NCBI GenBank assembly: GCA_963707505.1
Contig: CAVPQB010000004.1
Location: forward strand, 608,001 to 672,000
DNA length: 64,000 bases
From: an uncultured Gemmatimonadales bacterium
GTDB lineage: Bacteria > Gemmatimonadota > Gemmatimonadetes > Gemmatimonadales > Gemmatimonadaceae
Reading direction: 5' to 3'
In this document: positions 52,798-62,602 of the stretch, piece by piece
Layout of the letters: every line of letters starts with the position of its first letter
How positions within the stretch are numbered: the stretch's first letter is position 1
Program-made: the position numbers and the translations under genes
The notes under the pieces: generated by a model
What the model saw: the letters and a program-made list of their open reading frames with translations, nothing else
Told to the model about the DNA's origin: nothing
Database searches by the model: none

Positions 52798-54408
52798 ATG
52801 AGTGATCAAGACGTGGTACTGAGCGGCCCGGACTTCACCAAGGGTGTTTCCATGTACAGCCTCGGCGAGGGGCAGGCGGTTCAGGGGCACGCGGATGGCA
52901 AGCCGGCGATGTTGATTCGCCGCGGAGAGGCCGTCTTCGCCGTTGGAGCGGTTTGCAGCCATTATGGCGGTCCGCTCGCCGAGGGGATCGTGGTTGGCGA
53001 TACGGTGCGCTGCCCGTGGCATCACGCCTGCTTCAGCCTGAAAACCGGCGAAGCTCTCCGCGCACCGGCATTGCATTCGCTTCCGTGCTGGGCAGTGGAG
53101 CAGCGCGACGGCAAGGTCTATGTCACGCACGAAATTGAGACGCCGTCGGCAGTGGTACCCACCGGCAGCGAAGCGCAGAAAGCGCGGTCGGTTGTGATCA
53201 TCGGTGGAGGGGCTGCTGGCAGCGCTGCCGCAGAAACATTACGGCGCGAGGGATTCGCAGGCAGCATCACCATGGTCAGCGCGGATGATGACGCGCCATA
53301 CGACCGCCCCAATATCTCAAAGGATTATCTGGCTGGCACCGCGCCAGAGGAGTGGATCCCACTCCGGCCGCTCGCCGTGTATGAGGAACAGGGGATAAGC
53401 CTGCGGCTCGGGATCCGCGCGACGGATATCGATGTCGCAAAGCGCGTCGTGCAGTTGAGTGATGGCAGCTCGGTCGCTTATGACGCGCTGTTGCTCGCGA
53501 CTGGTGCGACGCCGGTGCGGCTGCCACCGCGCATGGATCCATTGCAGCGGGTCATGTATCTGCGGACGCTGACGGACTCGCGCGCGATAGTTGCGGCCTG
53601 TGAGCACGCTGGGCACGCCGTCGTGATTGGCGCGAGTTTCATCGGTCTCGAGGTCTCTGCCGCGCTGCGTACGCGCGGCCTCCATGTTGACATCGTTGCA
53701 CCGGAACATCGCCCGCTCGAACGCATTCTTGGCACTGAGCTGGGTCATATAATTCAGCGGATCCACGAGGACCACGGCGCGACATTCCATCTGGGCAATG
53801 CACTGGCGTCGGTCGGCGATGATCACGTACTGCTCGCGAGTGGCGAGCGACTGCAGGCGGATCTTGTAATCGCCGGGATCGGTGTGCGCCCCGATCTTAC
53901 GCTCGCACGTGAGGCGGGACTGTCGGTGGATCGCGGCGTAGTTGTCGACGAATTCCTCGAAACGAGTACGACGGGAGTGTACGCGGCGGGTGACATCGCG
54001 CAATGGACTGACACGGTGAGCGGCCACAGTCGCAGAATAGAGCACTGGGTTGTCGCAGAGCGTCAGGGAGCGGCGGTCGCGCACAACATTGTCGCGCGCT
54101 TTGAAGGCACGCCACGCGAGCCGTTCATCGCAGTGCCATTCTTCTGGAGCGCGCATTACGACACTACCATCTCATACGTTGGTCACGCGGATAGCTGGGA
54201 CGAGACGGAAGTGCTCGGCGACTTCCATGACGGAAAGATCGCGGTGACGTATCGTAGCGGCGGCCAGGACCAGGCAGTTGCCACGATCGGGCACGACATG
54301 CTCAGCCTCGATACCGAAGTGATAATGGAGCGCGCCGCCGATACAGCGCTGCAACTTGGAATCGAGAGCGATTCCACGCTCGGACGCCGCAAACATCTAC
54401 CCGCGTGA
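52798..54408 (+). CDS. Rieske [2Fe-2S] domain fused to FAD-dependent ferredoxin reductase (AIF-like)
   Basis: CSHYG...[37 protein letters not shown] and PFFWS. Confidence 0.9.
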   Translation: MSDQDVVLSGPDFTKGVSMYSLGEGQAVQGHADGKPAMLIRRGEAVFAVGAVCSHYGGPLAEGIVVGDTVRCPWHHACFSLKTGEALRAPALHSLPCWAVEQRDGKVYVTHEIETPSAVVPTGSEAQKARSVVIIGGGAAGSAAAETLRREGFAGSITMVSADDDAPYDRPNISKDYLAGTAPEEWIPLRPLAVYEEQGISLRLGIRATDIDVAKRVVQLSDGSSVAYDALLLATGATPVRLPPRMDPLQRVMYLRTLTDSRAIVAACEHAGHAVVIGASFIGLEVSAALRTRGLHVDIVAPEHRPLERILGTELGHIIQRIHEDHGATFHLGNALASVGDDHVLLASGERLQADLVIAGIGVRPDLTLAREAGLSVDRGVVVDEFLETSTTGVYAAGDIAQWTDTVSGHSRRIEHWVVAERQGAAVAHNIVARFEGTPREPFIAVPFFWSAHYDTTISYVGHADSWDETEVLGDFHDGKIAVTYRSGGQDQAVATIGHDMLSLDTEVIMERAADTALQLGIESDSTLGRRKHLPA

Positions 54409-55064
54409 GCGGCCTGGTACAACCAATGACGAATGCAATGCAGCGCCGTGCGATTCATCTCGAAACATCTCCGACTGACAACAAGCTGGAGATGGAGCTT
54501 CTGGTACATCGTCAACTCGAATTGCTAGGCGAGGACCCAGATCGTGACGGATTGCTCAAGACACCCGAGCGCATTGCCAAGTCGCTCGCGTGGCTGACGC
54601 GCGGTTACGACATGAACCTCGCCGATATCGTTGGCGATGCGGTGTTCGAGGAGCGCCAGGAGAACATGGTGATGGTTCGTGACATCGAGCTGTATTCTTT
54701 GTGCGAGCACCACATGCTTCCGTTCTTTGGGAGAGCGCACATTGCCTACATCCCCGATGGCAGGATTATCGGACTGTCCAAGCTCGCGCGAATCGTCGAT
54801 ATGTTTGCGCGCCGGCTGCAGGTGCAGGAGCGGCTCACGGAAGAAATCGCCGAAGCGATCTGCGACATATTAAAGCCGCGTGGTGTTGGTGTGGTGATCG
54901 AGGCTTCCCACCTCTGCATGATGATGCGCGGAGTGCAGAAGCAGAACTCCACGACGATCACGAGCGCTCTGCGGGGGAATTTCCGTGACGATCCAAAGAC
55001 GCGTGACGAATTCCTGCGGTTGGCGCAGGGCCGTGGCAGTGGATCGTTCCACGGCGGCATCTGA
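54405..55064 (+). CDS. folE: GTP cyclohydrolase I
   Basis: [32 protein letters not shown] and [12 protein letters not shown] overlap with the upstream gene; the start may be at a later ATG. Confidence 0.95.
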   Translation: MSGLVQPMTNAMQRRAIHLETSPTDNKLEMELLVHRQLELLGEDPDRDGLLKTPERIAKSLAWLTRGYDMNLADIVGDAVFEERQENMVMVRDIELYSLCEHHMLPFFGRAHIAYIPDGRIIGLSKLARIVDMFARRLQVQERLTEEIAEAICDILKPRGVGVVIEASHLCMMMRGVQKQNSTTITSALRGNFRDDPKTRDEFLRLAQGRGSGSFHGGI

Positions 55065-55087
55065 ATACACCGACATCATCCCAACCG

Positions 55088-55975
55088 TTATCTGGCTGGC
55101 ACGGAGAATGGCAGGGATAGTCCAACCAACACGCCACCTTCCGGACTCGGCTGGACCATCGCGCACCGCGCGACACGGGCGAGCACGCCGCGCTTGCTGT
55201 TGCGGTGCACATGGCTTTCCACCGAGATCCCGCTCCATGTGCCAATCGCGGCGGCCAGTGGCAGATCGCTCACCCAATGCACGTGTTGATAAAGGCGTGC
55301 GAATCCAATTGCTGATGCCGTGGCGTACGCGAATGGGCCTACGTAGCGCGCGAGCCCAGGACGCCACGCTGCGGCCTCGCCAGTCAGCGCCGAGGCCATC
55401 GCGAATGCAGCGGCGGTGTGACCGGAAGGGAACGACACGAATGGTCCGTTCCCTTTGTGGAACCCACGGGCCCATTCGAAATTTTCTGCTGTCTTTACTC
55501 CTGGAAGGGCGCGTCCGGCTATCCCTTTCCCCAAAGCCGTCACTCCAGCCGCAAGCAATACGGCCTCGGTGACGTGCGCACCCGCGCTATTGAGCCCCGG
55601 ACTTCCAGACAGGCGGCCCGCCGCCATGAATCCCACGCCGAGCAGGAACGGGCCCGGGCCACCAGCGAAGGCGAGCACCTGACTGGCGCTGTGCAACGGC
55701 TCGTCCTTTTGCCAGCCGGCTTCCTGGAACTCGGCCGCGACCGGCTTGTCCAGAGGCGCGACGGCAATGGTGGCAAGGAGGGATATTCCGCCGCCAAGCA
55801 GCTCGCGCTTCGTGATCCAGGGCGGCGTGGAATCAGTCGGCGCGCTGGTTGTGGGTACGGACGAATTCGAAGAAGTCGCGGGTATGCTGTCGCTGGTCGC
55901 CGACTGTGCCTGCGTGCGGGTCAGAGGGAGTACAAGCAGGCTGATCGCAATAAGGACGCGCACGGGCCATTTCAC
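55088..55975 (-). CDS. PAP2-family phosphatase
   Basis: KGIAGRALP, SFPSGH and ARLYQHVHWVSD. Confidence 0.88.
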   Translation of the reverse strand: MKWPVRVLIAISLLVLPLTRTQAQSATSDSIPATSSNSSVPTTSAPTDSTPPWITKRELLGGGISLLATIAVAPLDKPVAAEFQEAGWQKDEPLHSASQVLAFAGGPGPFLLGVGFMAAGRLSGSPGLNSAGAHVTEAVLLAAGVTALGKGIAGRALPGVKTAENFEWARGFHKGNGPFVSFPSGHTAAAFAMASALTGEAAAWRPGLARYVGPFAYATASAIGFARLYQHVHWVSDLPLAAAIGTWSGISVESHVHRNSKRGVLARVARCAMVQPSPEGGVLVGLSLPFSVPAR

Positions 55976-56123
55976 GTCGCGTCGGCGTGCTGGCGATGAT
56001 GCGCGCACAGAATTGTGCGTTTTCTGGTTTGGTCGATCAGGAACGGGCACACAGAACAACACTACGAGTCGCGTTAGGCGGGTGCAACTAAAGTTGACGC
56101 GAAATCCGCAGAGGAGCGACCAG

Positions 56124-56205
56124 TGCGAGGAGGGGGACTCGAACCCCCATGGTGTTAACCGCCAGCTCCTAAGGCTGGTGCGTCTACCAATTTCGCCATC
56201 CTCGC
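56124..56205 (-). tRNA. tRNA-Leu (anticodon UAG), CCA not encoded
   Basis: GCGAGGA/TCCTCGC acceptor stem, D-loop AATTGGTAGAC, CCAGC-CTTAGGA-GCTGG anticodon arm, long variable arm and GGTTCGAGTCC T-arm. Confidence 0.95.
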
Positions 56206-56218
56206 GTGATGCAATACG

Positions 56219-56259
56219 AAAAATAAGCGGCCGGGATACGATTACGTATCCCGGCCGCT
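56219..56259 (-). terminator. Terminator hairpin after degP
   Basis: AGCGGCCGGGATACG-ATTA-CGTATCCCGGCCGCT with a U-rich tail on the minus strand. Confidence 0.7.
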
Positions 56260-56279
56260 CGTCAATGGTAACGGCCGAT

Positions 56280-57839
56280 CTACTGGCCGAGGCGGATGTT
56301 CACCACGCTGTTTATCACGCCACCGCGGCCATCGGGCTGCGCGACGTTTAGGCTGATGTAGTCGCCGGCTTTCATCGAGTTCAGAACTCCCTGCAGATCC
56401 GCGACCGAGTTGATAGTCTTGCGCGGCGTCGGATACAACACCTCAGTGATCACTGTACCTGGCTGCAGCTTGCTATATGACGGGCCGAGGCTCACCACGT
56501 CTGTGACGAGCACGCCGTGATCCGGGAAACCAGCCGGGCGCTGATCCGGGGGCGGCAGCGGCGCGATCGTCGCACCGAGCTTGGTGCCCGCTACGCCCCT
56601 GGTCGAAGTCGGATTGGCGCTTGCCTGCGTCGCAGCTGTCGAGTCAGCCGGACGCGGTGCAAGCTTGACGTCTACCGCCATCTTCTTGCCGTAACGGACA
56701 TACTCCAGATGCACGGTTTCGCCTGGCGCGTGGTTGCGTATTACGCGCTGCAGCGAACTCACGCGATCCGCAGGCTGGCCGTCGGCGCTGACGATCACGT
56801 CGCCTTCCTGCAATCCTGCCTTGCGTGCTGGATTGTCTGGCGTGTCAGGATTGAATCCCTGAACGAGCACACCGTACACGTGATCCAGTTTCGCGACCGC
56901 GGCTGCATCTGCATCCACCTCGCTTATCTGGACGCCGAGGATTCCGAAGCGGACGTGGCCGTGCGCTATGAGGTCGTCCATGACCTTCTTCGCGAGTGTG
57001 ATCGGGACCGCGAATCCGTAGCCTGCGTAGTATCCCGTTTCACTCGCGATCGCGTTGTTGATTCCGATCACTTCGCCGCGCGTGTTGATGAGCGGGCCAC
57101 CCGAGTTACCGGGATTGATCGCCGCGTCTGTCTGGATGAGATCCGAAATCGCGTAACGGTCGCTGCCGAGCAGTCCCGGAAGCGAGCGATTCTTGGCACT
57201 CACGATGCCGGCGGTGACGGTGAAGTCGAGAACGCCAAGCGGGTTTCCGATCGCGACGACCCACTCGCCGACCTTGGCCTTGGTGTCGTCACCGAGCGGG
57301 ATGGTCGGGAAGTTGTTGCCGTCGATCTTGAGGACCGCAACGTCGGTGGATGGATCGTGTCCGATCACCTTCGCTGCGAAGACGCGTCCATCCATGAGCT
57401 TTACGTGAATCTGATCGGCGACCGTCGTGTGATCGGCGCCAGTGATCACGTGGTTGTTTGTAAGGATGTAGCCGTCCTTCGTCACGATGAAGCCCGAGCC
57501 GCTGGCTTCCTCGACCGACGGCCGGGCCTGCGGCTGACCGAAGTCGAAGAACTGTTCCATTCCAGGCGGAAGCATTCCGCGCGGGACCTGTTGCCGGATG
57601 CGCGTCGGCGCGCGGTTCTTGGTGTCAACCTGAATTGAGACGACGGCCGGCGTGGCGTGGTCTGCGATCGAGGAGAAGCCCGCTGCCGGTGCTCCGCCCG
57701 GGGCGATGGCGGTGGCCGTTGCGCCGTCCTGGGCAAAGCCGAGTCGCGTCCATCCCTTGCCGGACGCCAGAAGGACGCCGCCAATGAATGCTGCCGCGAC
57801 CGCGGTTCCCCAGCGGACACGTGATGATATGGGAGGCAT
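56280..57839 (-). CDS. degP: DegP/HtrA serine protease with two PDZ domains
   Basis: GSGFIV, TNNHV, DVAVLKI and QTDAAINPGNSGGPL. Confidence 0.9.
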   Translation of the reverse strand: MPPISSRVRWGTAVAAAFIGGVLLASGKGWTRLGFAQDGATATAIAPGGAPAAGFSSIADHATPAVVSIQVDTKNRAPTRIRQQVPRGMLPPGMEQFFDFGQPQARPSVEEASGSGFIVTKDGYILTNNHVITGADHTTVADQIHVKLMDGRVFAAKVIGHDPSTDVAVLKIDGNNFPTIPLGDDTKAKVGEWVVAIGNPLGVLDFTVTAGIVSAKNRSLPGLLGSDRYAISDLIQTDAAINPGNSGGPLINTRGEVIGINNAIASETGYYAGYGFAVPITLAKKVMDDLIAHGHVRFGILGVQISEVDADAAAVAKLDHVYGVLVQGFNPDTPDNPARKAGLQEGDVIVSADGQPADRVSSLQRVIRNHAPGETVHLEYVRYGKKMAVDVKLAPRPADSTAATQASANPTSTRGVAGTKLGATIAPLPPPDQRPAGFPDHGVLVTDVVSLGPSYSKLQPGTVITEVLYPTPRKTINSVADLQGVLNSMKAGDYISLNVAQPDGRGGVINSVVNIRLGQ

Positions 57840-57976
57840 GAAGGTGAAGGGTAAAGAGGAATCTGGAAGGACGGGGCTTGCCCCATCCTTCCATTTAAAA
57901 CACCGCAAACCGCGTTCGGTTCGTATCGAACATAGCGTGCCACGTTCTCGGCGCGCTCCGTGGTACTCCGCACCGC

Positions 57977-58016
57977 GACGAAAAGGGGCAGGCACGGAGG
58001 CCTGCCCCTTTTCGTC
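57977..58016. terminator. Terminator after dnaK (symmetrical A/T tracts, REP-like stem)
   Basis: GACGAAAAGGGGCAGGC-ACGGAG-GCCTGCCCCTTTTCGTC. Confidence 0.8.
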
Positions 58017-58026
58017 CACGTAACGG

Positions 58027-59949
58027 TTACTTCTTGTCTTCGTCGACGATCTCGTAGTCGGCTTCGACCACGTTATCGTCGGCCGGCTTCTCGGCCTCTG
58101 GGGCCGCTGCCGGCTCGCCCGGCTGCGCGGTCTGGTTCTGGGCCTGGTAGAAGGCCTGCCCAGCCTCGCTGTACAGCTTGCTCAGCTCCTCCGCGGCGGC
58201 ATTTATGGCCGCTACGTCGTCGCCCCGCAGAGCGGTACGTGCCTTCTCGACACCCTCTTCAAGACGCTTCCGCATGTCGTCGCCGAGCTTGTCGCCCCAC
58301 TCCTTGGAGTTCTTCTCGACTTCGTAGGCGAGCGAGTCCAGACGGTTGCGAGCGTCGATCTGCTCGCGGCGCGTCTTGTCTTCGGTCGCGTTCTTCTCCG
58401 CGTCCTTGACCATGCGATCGATCTCGGCGTCGCTCAATCCGCTGGATGCTTCGATGCGGATCTTCTGCTCCTTGTTCGTCGCCTTGTCCTTCGCGGTGAC
58501 GTTCAGGATTCCGTTCGCGTCGATGTCGAACGTGACCTCGACCTGAGGCACGCCGCGCGGTGCGGGCGGAATTCCGGTGAGCTGGAATTTGCCGATCGTC
58601 TTGTTGTACGTGGCGAGCTCGCGCTCACCCTGCAACACGTGAATCTCTACTGTCGACTGATTGTCGTCAGCAGTCGAGAACGTTTCCGACTTCTTGGTCG
58701 GAATGGTTGTATTGCGCGGGATGAGAACCGTCATCACGCCACCGAGCGTCTCGATTCCAAGCGACAGCGGTGTCACGTCGAGCAGCAACACATCCTTCTG
58801 CTCGCCGGTGAGAACCGCGCCCTGAACCGCTGCGCCGATCGCGACTACCTCGTCAGGATTCACGCCCTTGTTGGGCTCCTTGCCGAAGAACTTCTTGACC
58901 TCGTCCTGAATCTTCGGAATACGCGTCGAGCCACCGACGAGGAGAACCTCGTCGATCTCGTTCGGCTGGATGCCGGCGTCCTTCAAGGCCTGCTGCATCG
59001 GCGGAATTACGCGCTTGATGAGATCGTCGACGAGCTGCTCGAACTTGGCGCGCGTCAACGAATAGTTGAGGTGCTTGGGTCCGGTCTGGTCTGCCGTGAT
59101 GAACGGAAGATTGATGTCGGTCGACTGTGTCGTCGACAGCTCCATCTTGGCCTTCTCGGCTGCTTCCTTCAGACGCTGCAGCGCCATCGGATCCTTGGAG
59201 AGATCGATGCCCTGATCGCGCTTGAATTCGGTGACGAGCCAGTCGATCACGCGTTGATCGAAGTCGTCGCCGCCGAGGTGGGTGTCACCATTGGTGGACT
59301 TGACCTCGAACTGGCGCGAGCCTTCGACGTCGTAGAGCTCGAGCACGGAGATGTCGTACGTACCACCGCCCAGGTCGAATACCGCGACCTTCTCATCCTT
59401 CTTCTTATCGAGACCGTAGGCGAGCGCTGCCGCGGTGGGCTCGTTGATGATGCGGAGCACGTCGAGGCCGGCGATCTTGCCTGCATCCTTGGTGGCCTGG
59501 CGCTGCGAATCGTTGAAGTAGGCGGGAACGGTAATGACGGCCTTGGTGACCTTGGTTCCGAGGTAGTCCTCAGCGGTCTGCTTCATCTTCTGAAGAATCA
59601 TCGCGGAGATCTCGGGCGGGGAGAACTTCTTGCCCTGCACCTCGACGACAACCATTTCGTTCGCGCCTGCTTCGACCTTGTAGGGAACGCGGGTCTTTTC
59701 CTCGCTGATTTCGTTCAGCTTGCGACCCATGAACCGCTTGATCGAGAAGACTGTATTAGCTGGGTTGGTGACTGCCTGACGCTTGGCGATCTGGCCTACG
59801 AGGCGCTCGCCATCTTTCGCGAATGCAACGACCGACGGCGTTGTCCGTCCGCCTTCCGCATTCGGGATGACGACCGGATCTCCGCCTTCCATCACGGAAA
59901 CGACGGAGTTGGTGGTGCCGAGGTCGATGCCGATGACTTTTTCTGCCAT
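58027..59949 (-). CDS. dnaK: Chaperone DnaK
   Basis: [23 protein letters not shown] and NPDEVVA. Confidence 0.98.
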   Translation of the reverse strand: MAEKVIGIDLGTTNSVVSVMEGGDPVVIPNAEGGRTTPSVVAFAKDGERLVGQIAKRQAVTNPANTVFSIKRFMGRKLNEISEEKTRVPYKVEAGANEMVVVEVQGKKFSPPEISAMILQKMKQTAEDYLGTKVTKAVITVPAYFNDSQRQATKDAGKIAGLDVLRIINEPTAAALAYGLDKKKDEKVAVFDLGGGTYDISVLELYDVEGSRQFEVKSTNGDTHLGGDDFDQRVIDWLVTEFKRDQGIDLSKDPMALQRLKEAAEKAKMELSTTQSTDINLPFITADQTGPKHLNYSLTRAKFEQLVDDLIKRVIPPMQQALKDAGIQPNEIDEVLLVGGSTRIPKIQDEVKKFFGKEPNKGVNPDEVVAIGAAVQGAVLTGEQKDVLLLDVTPLSLGIETLGGVMTVLIPRNTTIPTKKSETFSTADDNQSTVEIHVLQGERELATYNKTIGKFQLTGIPPAPRGVPQVEVTFDIDANGILNVTAKDKATNKEQKIRIEASSGLSDAEIDRMVKDAEKNATEDKTRREQIDARNRLDSLAYEVEKNSKEWGDKLGDDMRKRLEEGVEKARTALRGDDVAAINAAAEELSKLYSEAGQAFYQAQNQTAQPGEPAAAPEAEKPADDNVVEADYEIVDEDKK

Positions 59950-60061
59950 GACTGTATTATCTGGTTCGGGTGAAAACGACGCCGGAGAGCAGTACTACGA
60001 GCCCCGAGCAACTGGGCGCCGTCGCTGACTTCCGCACGGTGCTATCTGCGATCACTTCTAG

Positions 60062-60077
60062 AGCAACGCAAATGCCG
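60062..60077 (-). promoter_or_regulatory. Putative sigma-54 promoter of dnaK
   Basis: Minus strand CGGCAT-TTGCG-TTGCT (GG-N10-GC with TTGCW), about 110 nt upstream of the ATG. Confidence 0.5.
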
Positions 60078-60115
60078 AACTTTCCTGCCAGAATGGCGCA
60101 GTCGCGGGCAAACGC

Positions 60116-60853
60116 ATGATTCCAGTCGGAACCAGCCTGCCGACTCGGCGCATCGCGTGGATGAACTACCTCATCATCCTGGTCACGATAGCGGTCTGGA
60201 TTCAGATCGAAGGGGCCGGCGTGGATCCGATGAGGCTCGCCGCGACGATCTGCAACTACGGAATGGTTCCGGGCGAGATAACGCACGTCGCGCCGATCGG
60301 CCTGGCGGTTCCGCTCGGGCGCGGGCTGGCGTGCGTCGTGGACAACGATCCGATCAACATCCTGACGCCGCTATTCTCGATCTTCCTGCACGGGAGCTGG
60401 GCCCATCTGCTTGGCAACATGCTCTTTTTGTGGGTGTTCGGCCGCGGGATCGAGGACACGATGGGGCCTGGCCGATACCTGGCTTTCTACCTCATCTGCG
60501 GAATCGTCGCGTGTCTGGCGCAGATCGCTTCGAGCCCGGGCTCGCCGGTCCCGACGGTGGGCGCATCCGGCGCGATTTCCGGGGTGATGGGCGCCTTCCT
60601 GCTGCTCTATCCAAATGTTCGCGTGAAGATGTTCTTCTTCATCATTCTGGCGGATGTGCGAGCGTGGATCGTACTGATCTACTGGTTTCTGTTGCAGTTG
60701 TTCGAAGGGATCGCAACGTCGGGTCAGATGGGCTCGGAGTTCTCGAGCGGGGTGGCCGTATGGGCCCACGTTGGTGGATTTGTGACCGGTCTGCTGCTGA
60801 TCAAGTTCTTCACTTCACGCGGGGCGGTGGCTGCGCCGTTACGGAGAGGCTAA
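60116..60853 (+). CDS. Rhomboid intramembrane serine protease
   Basis: FLHGSWAHLLGNM, GASGAISG and AHVGGF. Confidence 0.92.
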   Translation: MIPVGTSLPTRRIAWMNYLIILVTIAVWIQIEGAGVDPMRLAATICNYGMVPGEITHVAPIGLAVPLGRGLACVVDNDPINILTPLFSIFLHGSWAHLLGNMLFLWVFGRGIEDTMGPGRYLAFYLICGIVACLAQIASSPGSPVPTVGASGAISGVMGAFLLLYPNVRVKMFFFIILADVRAWIVLIYWFLLQLFEGIATSGQMGSEFSSGVAVWAHVGGFVTGLLLIKFFTSRGAVAAPLRRG

Positions 60854-60857
60854 CTTC

Positions 60858-60926
60858 GTACGGGCGGCGCATGCGGTACGGGCGAGGCATGCGATACGTA
60901 CGGGCGAGGCATGCCTCGCCCGTACG
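60858..60926. repeat. REP cluster: two truncated copies plus one perfect palindrome
   Basis: GTACGGGCGGCGCATGCG, GTACGGGCGAGGCATGCG, then CGTACGGGCGAGGCATGCCTCGCCCGTACG. Confidence 0.82.
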
Positions 60927-60949
60927 CTTTATTTGATCTGGAGAGAAGT

Positions 60950-61561
60950 GTGCGGCTGATACCCCGCGACGAGCAGTTTTACGACCTATTCACGCAGCTC
61001 GCCGAACGTCTTTCGCTTGCAGCGCGGCTGCTGAACCAGCTTTTCCGGGAGCCGGAGCGGCGGGCGGAGCACGTTCAGGCCATCAAGTCGGCCGAGCATG
61101 AAGCGGACGAGATCACGCGCGAGATAATCGACCGGCTGGACAGGACTTTCATCACCCCGTTCGACCGCGAGGACATCCATCAGCTCGCGTCGGCGCTGGA
61201 TGAAGTGGTCGATCTGCTGGACGGAGCCGCGCGACGGGTCGAGATATTCAGGATCACGACCGTTCATCAGGCTGCCGTCACGCTATCTGACGTGATGGTG
61301 CGCGCAGCCGTGCAGGTCGAGGCCGCTGTCCGTGGGATGAAGGACCCGAAAGTCGTGGGCCTCAAGGCGCAGGAGCTCAAGAAGCTGGAGGAGGAGGGCG
61401 ACGCCATCTACCACGAATCGATGGGCGCGCTGTTCGACGGCGCCCTCGACGCGATCGAAGTGATCAAGTGGAAGGAGCTGTACGACAAGGTCGAGGATGC
61501 ACTGGACCAGGCGGAAGATGTCGCGAACGTCCTGCAGTCGATCGCACTCAAGAACGGATAA
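60950..61561 (+). CDS. DUF47 phosphate transport regulator
   Basis: EHEAD, TFITPFDREDI and LEEEGD; upstream of pit. Confidence 0.9.
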   Translation: MRLIPRDEQFYDLFTQLAERLSLAARLLNQLFREPERRAEHVQAIKSAEHEADEITREIIDRLDRTFITPFDREDIHQLASALDEVVDLLDGAARRVEIFRITTVHQAAVTLSDVMVRAAVQVEAAVRGMKDPKVVGLKAQELKKLEEEGDAIYHESMGALFDGALDAIEVIKWKELYDKVEDALDQAEDVANVLQSIALKNG

Positions 61562-61564
61562 CGT

Positions 61565-62602
61565 GTGATCGGTTATGTCGTCGCGATAATCATCGTCGCG
61601 TTCGTCTTCGACTTCAGTAACGGCTTTCACGATTCTGCAAACTCGATAGCGACAATAGTCGGTACACGAGTGCTGAGTCCGGTTGCTGCAGTGGTGTGGG
61701 CGGCGTCGTTCAATTTCCTCGCGCTATTTACTGTCGGCACGGCGGTCGCCAAGACAGTCGGGAGCGGAATGATAGACGTCGCGATCGTCAATCCGAACGT
61801 CGTGCTGGCGGCGTTGCTCGGTGCCATCGCGTGGAACATCATCACGTGGAGCTACGGGATTCCATCCAGCTCGTCGCACGCGCTGATCGGCGGGTACGCG
61901 GGCGCAGCAATTGCGAAGTCTGGCTGGGCGGCGATCGTGTGGGGCGCCAAGTGGATCGAGACGTTGTCGTTCATCGTGATCTCGCCCGTAGTCGGTCTCG
62001 TAGTCGGATTGCTGTTGATGACAGCGATCTACTGGATATTCCGGCGCGCCAATCCTGGCAAGACAGATCGGCTATTTCGCACCCTGCAGCTGGGCAGCTC
62101 CGCGCTGTTGTCGCTGGCGCACGGCGGCAACGATGCACAGAAGACGATGGGAATCATTGTCGGCCTGCTTGTCTCGGTTCGGTCGCTTACCGCACATCAG
62201 ACCGGGCTGCTGGGACACCTGTACGTGGAGAACGCGAATGGAGTCCCGTTCTGGGTCGAGGTCACGGCGTACACCGCGATCTCGCTCGGCACGCTGTTCG
62301 GCGGGTGGCGGATTGTCGCAACTATGGGTCGGCGCATCACGAAGCTGCGCCCGGTAGGCGGATTCGCAGCCGAGACTGCGGGCGCGCTCGCGATTCTCGG
62401 TGCGACGTCGCTCGGCATTCCGGTGAGTACGACGCACACAATTACAGGCTCGATCGTCGGAGTCGGGGCGACAACGAGGCTGTCGGCTGTGCGCTGGGGG
62501 TTGGCGCGGCGGATAGTCTGGGCCTGGATCGTTACAATTCCGGCTGCTGGCATCATGGCTGCAATCGCTTACTGGATACTGGCGTCGATCGTCAAACTCT
62601 AG
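61565..62602 (+). CDS. pit: Inorganic phosphate transporter (PiT family)
   Basis: NGFHDSANS, PSSSSHAL, HGGNDAQK and PVSTTH. Confidence 0.93.
   Translation: MIGYVVAIIIVAFVFDFSNGFHDSANSIATIVGTRVLSPVAAVVWAASFNFLALFTVGTAVAKTVGSGMIDVAIVNPNVVLAALLGAIAWNIITWSYGIPSSSSHALIGGYAGAAIAKSGWAAIVWGAKWIETLSFIVISPVVGLVVGLLLMTAIYWIFRRANPGKTDRLFRTLQLGSSALLSLAHGGNDAQKTMGIIVGLLVSVRSLTAHQTGLLGHLYVENANGVPFWVEVTAYTAISLGTLFGGWRIVATMGRRITKLRPVGGFAAETAGALAILGATSLGIPVSTTHTITGSIVGVGATTRLSAVRWGLARRIVWAWIVTIPAAGIMAAIAYWILASIVKL

Noticed and set aside
56124..56205. tRNA-Leu as an integration site for an island or prophage
   Set aside because: No integrase in the window and no duplicated tRNA 3' end was noticed.
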